64,000 bases of DNA. Origin: a virus. Every line of letters begins with the position of its first letter. Positions within the stretch are counted from its first letter, which is position 1. The notes under the pieces were generated by a model that did not search any database, was not told where the DNA came from, and saw only the letters and a list, made by a program, of their open reading frames with translations. The position numbers and the translations under genes were made by a program. Of this stretch, positions 26,899-36,413 are shown one piece after another. The stretch lies in the IMG/VR virus record IMGVR_UViG_3300025012_000003. One strand, given 5' to 3'.

Positions 26899-29403
26899 TT
26901 AAGAATGTCGTTTAGGAATTAGTCTAGTTCTATTCTCGTCTTCCCATTTAAAAGCAAATAGATGTCCCAGACTATCCCCCACCTCTATAGAACAATCTAT
27001 AGGTATCGGGAAGTTAGGAGGATTGAATATCATTAAATCTTCAATCACTTTAGCCCACTGTGTAAATCTTTTCTTATTAATTCTGTAATTACATTCATCA
27101 TGCACTGAAGATACGTAAGCTACTTCACTTGAGTATTTAGGATTAAGGAATATCTTATTAGCTAAATTTACTAACAACTGTCTCATGATGGAGCTACCAG
27201 AGCCTTGAATCTTGTGAGAAGCTATTGTCCTAACCCCAAAATTATAAGTCCCTCTATCATCAGAAGTTAGATAGTGCTTAACTCTTCTAGGTCTTCCAAA
27301 CATATCAACTACCGTAAAGTTAGTTTCTTTCTCAGCTTTGTTTAGTTCTAAATCTTTCCATATCTTTAAAGTTATGTTAGCATTCCACCATTTGTTATAT
27401 AGTTCTTGAGATTCCTCTTCCGTCATGGGGACTCCCATCTGTTCAGCTACTGCCTTCAGTACTGGGGGAGACCCTCCATACAATAAACCAAAGTTAGCTA
27501 CCTTAGCTGCTTTTCTTTTCTCCTTATCATAGTTTTCTTCCCCAAACAGTTTCTTAGCCATCTCTGTATGAACATCTCTACCTTCTTTGAAGGGTTCCAC
27601 AAAGTTAGGCTCCCCACTGATAACACCAGCTAATTTAAGTTCCTGTGCTGAATAATCCACCGACAGTATCAGTTCTTCGTCGTTCTTGACTCTAATAGCT
27701 TTTCTCACATTTAAGTCTGGGCTTAACCCCTCCACAAAATATTTATTAGGATTCTGGGATACATATTCTTTAACATCGTCTGGTTTACCAACTAACTTAA
27801 ACTCGTATCCTAATATGCCTTGATAATCATTATCTAACTTAATAGCTTCATATATAGCTGGTTTAGGTTTAGTTAGGTTCTGTATATTTAAATTTATAAA
27901 ATAATCGTTATCTTCAGCTTTAGATTTTCCTCCCGTTCCAGAAGCCAATCTCCCAGAAGCAGTATCAAATAACTTATAATTAATTCTGCATATCCCTATA
28001 TTAGGATTATCTGGAAGTGAATCACATTTAGACAACTTATCTATATAGGAATTCAACTGCTTCTCCAAAGAACTCAGTTCTATTAATTCCTTAACTATAG
28101 GATGCTGACTAGCTACCTGTAACAGGGCATCCTTGGCTGTACTCATACAACCAGTTTCAGTCCTAACTCCTGTATCTATCCCCAGAGACATTAAGGCTGC
28201 TGGTAATTCCTTAGTCCTAGAACGAATGTTAAAAGGATACCCCACTGTCTGAAAGATACTCATCTCTAATTCTTCTATCCTTTTTAAGATAGTATCTTTA
28301 TATTCACTCATAACAAGTTTATCTATATACAAAGGATTTTCTACATAGTAATCAGCAAATGCCTTGACAAGTTTATTATCTAAGGATAATATTTTCTCAC
28401 AACCTTCTCTCTTTAAGGTTGGATAGAGAACCTGAAATAACCCAAAGGTATTTCCCGTGTCAGCAGAAGCATAAAAAGCACAAGAAGAGGGGTCAACATC
28501 TTTAAGAGTTTTATTAGTGCCTAATACTTCTTTAAACTTGGTAGCTCGTCTTCCTAAGAAATGTTCAGTTGCTGGTTTCAACCCCATCATGCCTTTAGCA
28601 TTAGTATCAGAATTATAAGTCAATACCATAGTATCGAATATATTTATCTTTGAGGTCTCATAACCTTCTTTCTTCAGCATCGTCATATCAAACGTAGCGT
28701 TGTGGCATAATGTTAATTTAGATTTACACAGGGCATCATAGATTATATCTAAACAATTCTTAGGATTTAGGTTCTTTTCGCTCTCCTGATATTTCTTAAC
28801 TTTAATCTTTTTCATGGAAGGTTCTAATGTATAAAAATTCTCTTGAATAATCTTAAGAGACTCTGGGAAGTGTTCTTCTAAGTCAAGAGGATAGATACAA
28901 GTAGCTTCCTCTATCTTCTCCTTTATTATTTCTATATAGTCTTTGTCAAAAGACTTAGCTTCCATTAAGGATTCTAAAAATATATTAGGATAATCTATTA
29001 CACTATCATCGTCTGGAGAAAATCCTTCAATGCTTTCATTAGCCTTGATTAATTTTTTAAGAATCTTATCCTGAGTAGGTTTCTTAAAATGAATTAATCC
29101 AGTATCTTCATACCTCTTCTCTTCTTTACCTTCTTCGTCCCACGAAAGAACATGTCTAATAGGAATATAATATCCAGACCAAGCATCAAAACTAAAGGAG
29201 AATCCTATCATCTCATTTCTTCTATAGTCTAATCCATCCGTTTCACAGTCATAAGCCATCACTCTTCCAGTACAATCTCCCAACAAATCTTTTAGTTCTT
29301 GTTCTGATTCTATTAACTTATATTTAAATTTGTCTTCCCAATTAAAATCTAATGGCACTGGGTCAAAATAATGTTTATAATCTATCTTATTACTTATTGA
29401 CAT
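26899..29403 (-). CDS. polA: family A DNA polymerase with 3'-5' exonuclease domain
   Basis: YDCET, HNATFD, YASAD exonuclease motifs; TASGRLAS, motif A DYSAQEL, motif B RKAAKVANFGLLYG, motif C VHDE. Confidence 0.95.
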   Translation of the reverse strand: MSISNKIDYKHYFDPVPLDFNWEDKFKYKLIESEQELKDLLGDCTGRVMAYDCETDGLDYRRNEMIGFSFSFDAWSGYYIPIRHVLSWDEEGKEEKRYEDTGLIHFKKPTQDKILKKLIKANESIEGFSPDDDSVIDYPNIFLESLMEAKSFDKDYIEIIKEKIEEATCIYPLDLEEHFPESLKIIQENFYTLEPSMKKIKVKKYQESEKNLNPKNCLDIIYDALCKSKLTLCHNATFDMTMLKKEGYETSKINIFDTMVLTYNSDTNAKGMMGLKPATEHFLGRRATKFKEVLGTNKTLKDVDPSSCAFYASADTGNTFGLFQVLYPTLKREGCEKILSLDNKLVKAFADYYVENPLYIDKLVMSEYKDTILKRIEELEMSIFQTVGYPFNIRSRTKELPAALMSLGIDTGVRTETGCMSTAKDALLQVASQHPIVKELIELSSLEKQLNSYIDKLSKCDSLPDNPNIGICRINYKLFDTASGRLASGTGGKSKAEDNDYFINLNIQNLTKPKPAIYEAIKLDNDYQGILGYEFKLVGKPDDVKEYVSQNPNKYFVEGLSPDLNVRKAIRVKNDEELILSVDYSAQELKLAGVISGEPNFVEPFKEGRDVHTEMAKKLFGEENYDKEKRKAAKVANFGLLYGGSPPVLKAVAEQMGVPMTEEESQELYNKWWNANITLKIWKDLELNKAEKETNFTVVDMFGRPRRVKHYLTSDDRGTYNFGVRTIASHKIQGSGSSIMRQLLVNLANKIFLNPKYSSEVAYVSSVHDECNYRINKKRFTQWAKVIEDLMIFNPPNFPIPIDCSIEVGDSLGHLFAFKWEDENRTRLIPKRHS

Positions 29404-29418
29404 GAATTATATTCCTCC

Positions 29419-29868
29419 TCAATTAACTTCATCTAATTTATAACCATGATATAAATTATCTAAAAATACATCTATCCGTTCAAAACTATCTACCCAAGTA
29501 TTATTTACTTTTAAGACTATCTCCTCATCTCGTAGTCCATTATTTTTTAACAGTCCTAAGTCCTTTATAAGTTTACTATAATCTTTTATCTCCTTATCCG
29601 AAAAATTATCTTTCAAGTATTTACAAGGATTTATATTTAATTTTAACTTTAGATAATCATAGGAAGTAAAAAATCTATGTTCCCCCCAACAATGTAATCT
29701 TATTATACCGTCATCATCAAAATAAAATCTAGCAGATTTAGATTTACTGTATCTAGGGTCTTCGTGAAAAGGACAAAAAACATTTCCATATCCCACATCT
29801 ACCAAAGAATCAAAAGGAACCAACTTCTCTATGAGTACCCTAACCTCTCTCTCACTTAGATTCGTCAT
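29419..29868 (-). CDS. stand-alone primase Zn-binding (CHC2-like) domain protein
   Basis: CPFHED...ARFY...HCWGEH; no TOPRIM domain. Confidence 0.7.
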   Translation of the reverse strand: MTNLSEREVRVLIEKLVPFDSLVDVGYGNVFCPFHEDPRYSKSKSARFYFDDDGIIRLHCWGEHRFFTSYDYLKLKLNINPCKYLKDNFSDKEIKDYSKLIKDLGLLKNNGLRDEEIVLKVNNTWVDSFERIDVFLDNLYHGYKLDEVN

Positions 29869-31444
29869 TAGATTCTCCCATTAAATCATCTAATGTTATA
29901 ATGTCTTCTATGTTTGGAAGAACTACATCCTCAGTCTTAGAGGATTCTTCAGTCTGGGTAACATCTAAAGTAGTATTATCCATATCTATGGCAATATCCT
30001 CTATATCTCCAATAACAAAGTCATCCGCTAAAGAACCTATATCTTGGGTTGAAGTTATAACATTGTTATTGAACGAGGGAGATAGAACAGAACAAGTACT
30101 AAAGTTACTCCCCTGAGTACCAAAGACAAAGAACTCTGGCATAATAGGAGAAGGTATGGGCTTGTCGGGAGATTCAAAATCCCTATTTTTTACTATATGT
30201 ATATTTACTATCTTGGCATTTCTCATGGCGGTGGTACAATGAAATATCATAGCAGTCATCGCAGTTCTTCCTAAAGCGTTGGCTTCAGCAAAGTAGGTAG
30301 AAGATGCTAGTTTAGTGTTAGAGGAAGGAGTTCCACTCTTCTCCGCTTTCTCTACGATAGCCTCCAACTTATCTATAGCCTCTGTTTTTAGCTGGGCTAA
30401 CAGTACTACTATCAAATTATGCTTTACTGCTATCTCTTGTAGAGTATCCACATAATAATTTAAAGCTTGGTACTGGTCTAATTTTAATTTCGGAGGTATC
30501 TTATTCTTAAAAAGATTTAAATAATCTACATAGACTAAATCTAAACCACCCATCTCGTCTCTCATTCTAAGTATGAAAGCTTCTATGTATTCCATAGAGT
30601 ATTCTTCTAAGTCATTAACCCCAGCTATCCTCAAATCCCCTTTACAAGTTTGAAGAAAATTATCTTTTACTTCTTTAAACTTTTCCTTGGAGTCTTCTAA
30701 CAGTAAAGTCTTTTTCAAATCTACTGCTGGTATAGCTCCTTGTTTCCCATACATCTCGTATGAATGTCTTGACACAATATTATATAAAACATTTCTAGGA
30801 ACAACCTCTAGGGTTATAAATAAAACTTTCTTACCTTCTCTATAAGCAGCGGTGTAGGCTGTGGATATAGCAAACGTAGTTTTAAAAGATTGGGGAGGAG
30901 CACCTATTACATTAAGAGTGCCGTAGTCCAGCCCTTTTAAGTAATGGTCCACTTCGGGGATACCTATCATAACTCCTCTTGGCATTAACTCTTGACGTTC
31001 ATATACGTCAAAGATGTCCTCCATACCAAGAAGTTTTGGTTTAGTTACATCCACATCCTGTCTAAGTATATCTCTTACTTTAGATATATCATTCTTATCG
31101 ATAGCGTTTTTTACTTCGCTAATCTGTTTATGTCTTATTAGCTCCTTCTTAAGTTTTATAACAATGTCTAAGCTAAAAGGACAATCCTTCTTATGAACTA
31201 ATATATTATGTAAAGATATGATATAATTTATATCAGGAAATCTTTTATTGTCCGCATAAAACTTTTTACAATCCTGAAGTACCTTAGAGTATAATTTAAT
31301 CCCGTCTGGGCTAAATTCTATTAATTCTATCAATTCATCTATAGATGAGATATCTGTTATCTTATCTAAATGATTTAATAGTATAATAATATAATCGCTT
31401 AGTTCTTCCGAATCCATTGGATTTACTAATTCATTATTAGCCAA
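29852..31444 (-). CDS. dnaB: DnaB-like replicative helicase
   Basis: G...VD..L.GL..G.L.VIGA..KT, FITLEV, VYVDYL, LLAQL, KNR. Confidence 0.88.
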   Translation of the reverse strand: MANNELVNPMDSEELSDYIIILLNHLDKITDISSIDELIELIEFSPDGIKLYSKVLQDCKKFYADNKRFPDINYIISLHNILVHKKDCPFSLDIVIKLKKELIRHKQISEVKNAIDKNDISKVRDILRQDVDVTKPKLLGMEDIFDVYERQELMPRGVMIGIPEVDHYLKGLDYGTLNVIGAPPQSFKTTFAISTAYTAAYREGKKVLFITLEVVPRNVLYNIVSRHSYEMYGKQGAIPAVDLKKTLLLEDSKEKFKEVKDNFLQTCKGDLRIAGVNDLEEYSMEYIEAFILRMRDEMGGLDLVYVDYLNLFKNKIPPKLKLDQYQALNYYVDTLQEIAVKHNLIVVLLAQLKTEAIDKLEAIVEKAEKSGTPSSNTKLASSTYFAEANALGRTAMTAMIFHCTTAMRNAKIVNIHIVKNRDFESPDKPIPSPIMPEFFVFGTQGSNFSTCSVLSPSFNNNVITSTQDIGSLADDFVIGDIEDIAIDMDNTTLDVTQTEESSKTEDVVLPNIEDIITLDDLMGESNDESK

Positions 31445-31456
31445 AACTTTTCCCCT

Positions 31457-32059
31457 TTAAAAATTTTCAGATGTTCCTTTAGATTTAGTTTTAGTGCTAT
31501 CTGACACTTTAACAGTCTTGTCCTGTAATAAGTTGATATCCTTATATATTAAACTTCTATCAGAAGTCATATCAGATATTTTAAGATGTTCTTTTAAATT
31601 TGGATTAGTAGTCAATATTAAATTGATATATCCCTCACTATCCCTAGCTGAAATTATAGGAGATAGGCACTGTACTATCTTATCAAAGCTATACATGTCC
31701 CGTGGAAAATACAACATTAAGATATCATTTTCTTTAGCATTTTCATATTCATAATTCTTTGACATCATATCATCCATAAGCTTTTTATAATGCCTAAAAG
31801 AAAATCCTTTAAAATTGGGATATCCAGTATTCCCGATATAATAAACATTCTTATGTACAATAAAAGAAGCAACTTGCATGAGGGTATCTGTACTGTTAGA
31901 TTTTATGAAATAGTTATTTCCTTTAGATATTAAGCTATCAAGAGTCTCAAACTTTTTAGGATTGGAAGTAACTTTCAAGAAATGCTTCATCAAAAATCCC
32001 ATTCCAGAAATATAAGCATTCCTATATTGTTCGTTAGTAATATCATTATCGAACGGCAT
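31457..32059 (-). CDS. degenerate DnaC/IstB-like helicase loader (tentative)
   Basis: DILML...IISAR...ILTTN resembles the DnaC C-terminus; no Walker A or B; directly upstream of dnaB. Confidence 0.45.
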   Translation of the reverse strand: MPFDNDITNEQYRNAYISGMGFLMKHFLKVTSNPKKFETLDSLISKGNNYFIKSNSTDTLMQVASFIVHKNVYYIGNTGYPNFKGFSFRHYKKLMDDMMSKNYEYENAKENDILMLYFPRDMYSFDKIVQCLSPIISARDSEGYINLILTTNPNLKEHLKISDMTSDRSLIYKDINLLQDKTVKVSDSTKTKSKGTSENF

Positions 32060-32087
32060 AGATAATATTTTCCTCCTCTTGAGATAT

Positions 32088-32116
32088 ATTATACCATAAA
32101 TATCTCTTTTTGTAAA
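32088..32116 (-). promoter_or_regulatory. sigma70-type promoter TTTACA-17-TATAAT (extended -10)
   Basis: Upstream of the loader-helicase-primase-polymerase run. Confidence 0.75.
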
Positions 32117-32120
32117 GTGT

Positions 32121-33536
32121 TCACTTCTTTCTCTTGTAAACCCATAACATGTTTTCTTTTAATTTCATTATTAACTTACGATTAAATGAGGTCAATTCCG
32201 CTTTAGGCACTTCTTTAGCATTGAATACTTTTTCGGTTATTTCTCCATAAGAAGATATAAGTTCATGTTTATACCTATCAACTGTACCAGTTATCTTTCC
32301 TTCTATTTCAACATCAGTTAATATAAAATGAATTTTAAAATTAGTATGTTTACTAAACAATCTTTCTATTCTTCCTTTAGCCTGACTGAATGCTCCAAAA
32401 CCAAAAGGTATATTATAAAAGAACATATTGTTTACGGATTGGAGATTTAGACTCTGAGAACCCGCACTTGAGATTAACAATACCTTTTTAGCTGGGTCTG
32501 AGTTAAACCATTGTTTAATCTCTCTTCTTTCCTTAATACTAACATTTCCACTAATGACTCTATAGTCTATCCCTATCCTATCGAATATGTTAGATAAAGT
32601 ATCTATCGTTTCCCTAAAGTGGCAATAAGTTATAAGACCCTCACTAAGAACGGGCTTAATAGACATAAGATATAATTTAAGTTTATTCTCATCCTTGTCT
32701 ACTACCTGCTGTAAATCTATTAATCGGGTAGCATGTATCTTAGTATCCTTTGTCTTAAACAATCCTTCTGAAGCTTCCATATAAGAGTCTATATCTTTTA
32801 TCTTAATAGAATGTTCTATATATTGTGTATCCTGTTCTGGATAGTATTGAAAACAAACAGGAGCTATTAGTTCCCTTAAAAGTTCTAAATTTTTATATCC
32901 TGTTATCTCTGGATACTGATGACCTGTTTGCCAATTCTTAATCATTTTAATTTCTACGAAGGTATTAGTGAAAACTGTTTTGTTCTTAAAAATATTCTTG
33001 TCTAGTATATGTACAATATAGAATAAGTCCATCAATGAAGTTGTTAGAGGAGTAGCCGTTAGGAAGATAAGATGTTTAAATCCTCTTCTAATTGCAACCA
33101 TACTTCTAGTCAACATAGCTTTTGGTGTTTTAAGTTTATGAGCTTCGTCTGCATAACAAGCAGTCTTAAATTTGGTTAAGAATCTAAATAATTTACTTAA
33201 ATCTATCTTATTAAAGTTTTCATATTGAAGTAAAGCTATCTTAGAATTTCCCCTAAAGAAATCTTCTATATCAATATCTGTTATTAAAATACTAGGTCTA
33301 CAGTTAGTCTTACCATTAAAATCATCTTGGACTTCCAACAATGCCGATTTAGTACACAAGACTAAAACTTTATCACATAAATTATTATTTATTAAATCCA
33401 TAGAAGATTTAATAATAACTAAACTTTTTCCAGTGCCTGTCTTCATGCTCATCAGAGAAGCTGGTCTGGACGTAGAAAAATCCACAGCCTGTACCTGATA
33501 GTCCTTTAAGACTATATCATCGTTTAGTTTTAACAA
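32121..33536 (-). CDS. SNF2-family (SF2) helicase
   Basis: GTGKS, DEAH, TATP, SLNLQ, QAKGRIER. Confidence 0.9.
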   Translation of the reverse strand: MLKLNDDIVLKDYQVQAVDFSTSRPASLMSMKTGTGKSLVIIKSSMDLINNNLCDKVLVLCTKSALLEVQDDFNGKTNCRPSILITDIDIEDFFRGNSKIALLQYENFNKIDLSKLFRFLTKFKTACYADEAHKLKTPKAMLTRSMVAIRRGFKHLIFLTATPLTTSLMDLFYIVHILDKNIFKNKTVFTNTFVEIKMIKNWQTGHQYPEITGYKNLELLRELIAPVCFQYYPEQDTQYIEHSIKIKDIDSYMEASEGLFKTKDTKIHATRLIDLQQVVDKDENKLKLYLMSIKPVLSEGLITYCHFRETIDTLSNIFDRIGIDYRVISGNVSIKERREIKQWFNSDPAKKVLLISSAGSQSLNLQSVNNMFFYNIPFGFGAFSQAKGRIERLFSKHTNFKIHFILTDVEIEGKITGTVDRYKHELISSYGEITEKVFNAKEVPKAELTSFNRKLIMKLKENMLWVYKRKK

Positions 33537-33554
33537 ACCCTATCCCTTTACATA

Positions 33555-33989
33555 TTAATATCCGTTACCACATTGAAACACATACAGTCCCGAGTTCCTA
33601 AAACTCTGAACGCAAGAGCTACGGTCATCTATACAAAATACTATTTCTCCATACTTCTCGGGTATCTTTTTAATTAGATTTACTTTTATATCACAATCTT
33701 CTTCTGTAGCATTATCTGGTTTAAGAATCAAGTCGTCATGGTATATGTTATATTTATCTAACCACTCTTCAGTTTCTTTCCTACTTCTCTCACTTCTAGC
33801 GGAGAGTATCACAATGTTGTGGTCGTTCTTAAATCTTTCTATTATCTCCACAACTGGTTTACTGGGAACATCAGAGAAAGAAGCAGCTATGTAGGCATCC
33901 CAATCTATACTTCTCAAGTGGTCTCTAAAAGTATAATCTGCAATGGTACCATCAAAATCTAAAACGACACACTTGTTCTTTTTACCCAT
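33555..33989 (-). CDS. HAD-family phosphatase (PNK 3'-phosphatase-like)
   Basis: LDFDGT, LSAR, K, IDDR. Confidence 0.85.
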   Translation of the reverse strand: MGKKNKCVVLDFDGTIADYTFRDHLRSIDWDAYIAASFSDVPSKPVVEIIERFKNDHNIVILSARSERSRKETEEWLDKYNIYHDDLILKPDNATEEDCDIKVNLIKKIPEKYGEIVFCIDDRSSCVQSFRNSGLYVFQCGNGY

Positions 33990-34539
33990 AAACTATTCCC
34001 CAATCTTTACATACTATATTCTCTATCTGTTCATGTAAATCTTCTATAGAGCCATCATTCATGATTACATGGTCAAAGGAGTAATCATCTAATTTACCTT
34101 CAGATATACTTTCCACTAAGGGTATCCTAGGATTTATAACTCTTATTATTTTAAATCCTTTTTCTCGTAAATGCTCTGCCTCATTAAGAAGTCGTACATC
34201 TTCACATACGTATCTTAGATTGGGGTCTAAATTTCCCAAAGCTATCTTAATCCACATGTCATCATTAATCATTCCCCGTCCCCATTTACTCCCTAAAGTA
34301 ACAAGTAAAAATCTGGGGGTAACTCCTAGTTCGGGTATAACAAGTTCCTTCAAGTTTCCATAAAGCATCTCATATATCTTGTCTTCTCCATAGCCTAACC
34401 CTTTTAATACTACCCCAATCATATCCTTCATGGGTTCTGCGAAAGTAAGCATATTATACTTATATTCTTTAACAAAATATTTAGCAGTCTCTGATTTACC
34501 CATCCTCATTGCGGAAGAATAAATACCAACATTAAACAT
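33982..34539 (-). CDS. deoxynucleoside monophosphate kinase
   Basis: RMGKS, FAEPMK, PRFLL..LG..WGR, EDVRL.NE, IMNDG. Confidence 0.85.
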   Translation of the reverse strand: MFNVGIYSSAMRMGKSETAKYFVKEYKYNMLTFAEPMKDMIGVVLKGLGYGEDKIYEMLYGNLKELVIPELGVTPRFLLVTLGSKWGRGMINDDMWIKIALGNLDPNLRYVCEDVRLLNEAEHLREKGFKIIRVINPRIPLVESISEGKLDDYSFDHVIMNDGSIEDLHEQIENIVCKDWGIVYG

Positions 34540-35428
34540 TAATACTTGCCCTCTTAACTACATCGTATAAAAAAACTTCAAATTGTCGGAGTTCATAATA
34601 GGAAATCAAATCTCTGTTAGGGGTTCCCCTAAATAATCTATACTCTATTCTATTATCCTTTTTAGAATATTTACATAAATCCATCAACTCTAAATAATTA
34701 TCTATTACGTCTATGACATCTAAGTATTTCTTAGCCGTGGCTTCCCATTTAGTTCCCCCAAAAGAATTAACTGTTTCTAAAAACTTCTCAGGAGTAGTAG
34801 GATTCCATGCTTCAGCAAACAATTTTTTAAACTCTGTTTTTACAAAAGGAACAGGAGCTTTGAGATTGTCAGACTTATCCCCATCTAATATTCTAAAAGC
34901 TAATAAGTTATCAATACCTACACCAAATTTACTAAAGACTAAATTATTATCTACCAATTTAAATCCTTTATCATAATCGTTGGATACTTTAAAATCCCCG
35001 CATAACTGGAAGAAGTCTTTATCTCCTGAATATATTATTATCTCCTCATTACCCTTCTCTTTTAATTCAAAAGCTATACTGGCTATAACATCATCGGCTT
35101 CATGCTCTTCACTCTTAGCAAAAGCCACATGTTCTAAATTAGATAATATGTTTATAATATGGGAGGTATCTATATATACTTTAGTTTTATCCTTATCTCT
35201 ATTAGCTTTGTAGTCTTCATTTATTTCTTTTTTTGCACACTTACCATCCAAAACAAAAATAATTTTATGTTCTGGATATTTTTTATAAAGCCTCTCCACC
35301 AAAAAAGAAAAACCTTTCAAACTTCCTACGAATAAATTTTCTCCGTCTTTTTTAATATAATGGTCCTTGAAGCCAAAATGGAAACGGTTTAAACACCACG
35401 AAAAATCTACTATAATAAACTTCCCCAA
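34532..35428 (-). CDS. 5'-3' exonuclease / RNase H (FEN-like)
   Basis: IVDFS, LDG, YKANR, EADDVIAS, SGDKDF.QL, LDGDKSDN. Confidence 0.92.
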   Translation of the reverse strand: MGKFIIVDFSWCLNRFHFGFKDHYIKKDGENLFVGSLKGFSFLVERLYKKYPEHKIIFVLDGKCAKKEINEDYKANRDKDKTKVYIDTSHIINILSNLEHVAFAKSEEHEADDVIASIAFELKEKGNEEIIIYSGDKDFFQLCGDFKVSNDYDKGFKLVDNNLVFSKFGVGIDNLLAFRILDGDKSDNLKAPVPFVKTEFKKLFAEAWNPTTPEKFLETVNSFGGTKWEATAKKYLDVIDVIDNYLELMDLCKYSKKDNRIEYRLFRGTPNRDLISYYELRQFEVFLYDVVKRASINV

Positions 35429-35449
35429 AATTCCTCCTCTTAAAATAAA

Positions 35450-35782
35450 TTAAATTAAAGTCATAAGCACCTTTGCATTATTAGGATTTATCTGATTGTA
35501 TCCAATTATACCTAATATTAAAAGTTCCTTAGATACAGCACCTGATACTAAATCAGTAAACAAGTGTGATAATATTCTTAAATCAAATTCAATATCAGTT
35601 TTGTCTTTATCCTTAAACATTGGATTATCATAAATTATATCTATCAATCTATCAAATCGATACTCATTTAATTTAAAATAAGTGGTACCACTTTTCTTAT
35701 GGGGATATTCCCCCATAAAAATATCTTCTTCCTTTAAATACTCTATATCCTCTGGTTCAAAAATAAAATCTGGTATTAACAT
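35450..35782 (-). CDS. hypothetical protein
   Basis: First gene after the promoter at 35812-35840. Confidence 0.7.
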   Translation of the reverse strand: MLIPDFIFEPEDIEYLKEEDIFMGEYPHKKSGTTYFKLNEYRFDRLIDIIYDNPMFKDKDKTDIEFDLRILSHLFTDLVSGAVSKELLILGIIGYNQINPNNAKVLMTLI

Positions 35783-35811
35783 AATTCTACCTATTATTAC
35801 TATTTAATACC

Positions 35812-35840
35812 ATTTTACCATAAGAGATTATAAATGTCAA
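35812..35840 (-). promoter_or_regulatory. sigma70-type promoter TTGACA-17-TAAAAT (extended -10)
   Basis: Opens the replication module, right after the late-region terminator. Confidence 0.85.
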
Positions 35841-35850
35841 TACCAACATA

Positions 35851-35884
35851 AAAGAAAAGAGCTATGAAAAAATCACAGCTCATA
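35851..35884 (-). terminator. intrinsic terminator ending the tail/lysis region
   Basis: GAGCT(G/A)TGA stem with TTTTCTTTT on the minus strand. Confidence 0.7.
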
Positions 35885-35909
35885 AAAGGGTTGTCGGAGG
35901 TGGATTCTA

Positions 35910-36398
35910 TTAAATCTTTTTGACATTAGAATATATTGGTTTTCCTTCTTTATTAAAAGTAGCTTTCATTTTTTGTTTTCTGGGAACACCATTACATCTC
36001 CCTATGTGCACCCAAGGATTAGCTGGATTTTCAAATATAACTTGGTCTACTATATCCATCAAAGGTTTTCCGTTAGATTGTTTAATATTCCCTAAAGCTA
36101 TATCATTAAATAATTGTTGTAAGGATATCCCTATCACATGAAAATCAGTAGCATTCCCTCCCATGTGTTTAGAAGGAGGAGTTATAGAACCACCAACTGC
36201 TTTATTAACTTCAGGACTTCTGTATCCAGATGTTATTATCAAAGGTTTATTATAATAAGCTCTTATGATATCCAAGTAATTCTCACATAAGATTATAGCA
36301 TTATTTTTAATAGTACCCACAGGAAGTGAATTATTAACTCCTCTAACTTGAGTTACAGTAAATTCACTTTCAGATATATATTTACTTAACATACTCAT
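35910..36398 (-). CDS. peptidase M15-family endolysin
   Basis: ITSGYRS, SKHMGGNATD, WVHI. Confidence 0.88.
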   Translation of the reverse strand: MSMLSKYISESEFTVTQVRGVNNSLPVGTIKNNAIILCENYLDIIRAYYNKPLIITSGYRSPEVNKAVGGSITPPSKHMGGNATDFHVIGISLQQLFNDIALGNIKQSNGKPLMDIVDQVIFENPANPWVHIGRCNGVPRKQKMKATFNKEGKPIYSNVKKI

Positions 36399-36413
36399 AT
36401 CGTATCTCCTATA

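Noticed and set aside
28800-29150. Intein or intron in the polymerase
   Set aside because: No Cys/Ser start, His-Asn end or homing endonuclease motif; the frame is continuous.
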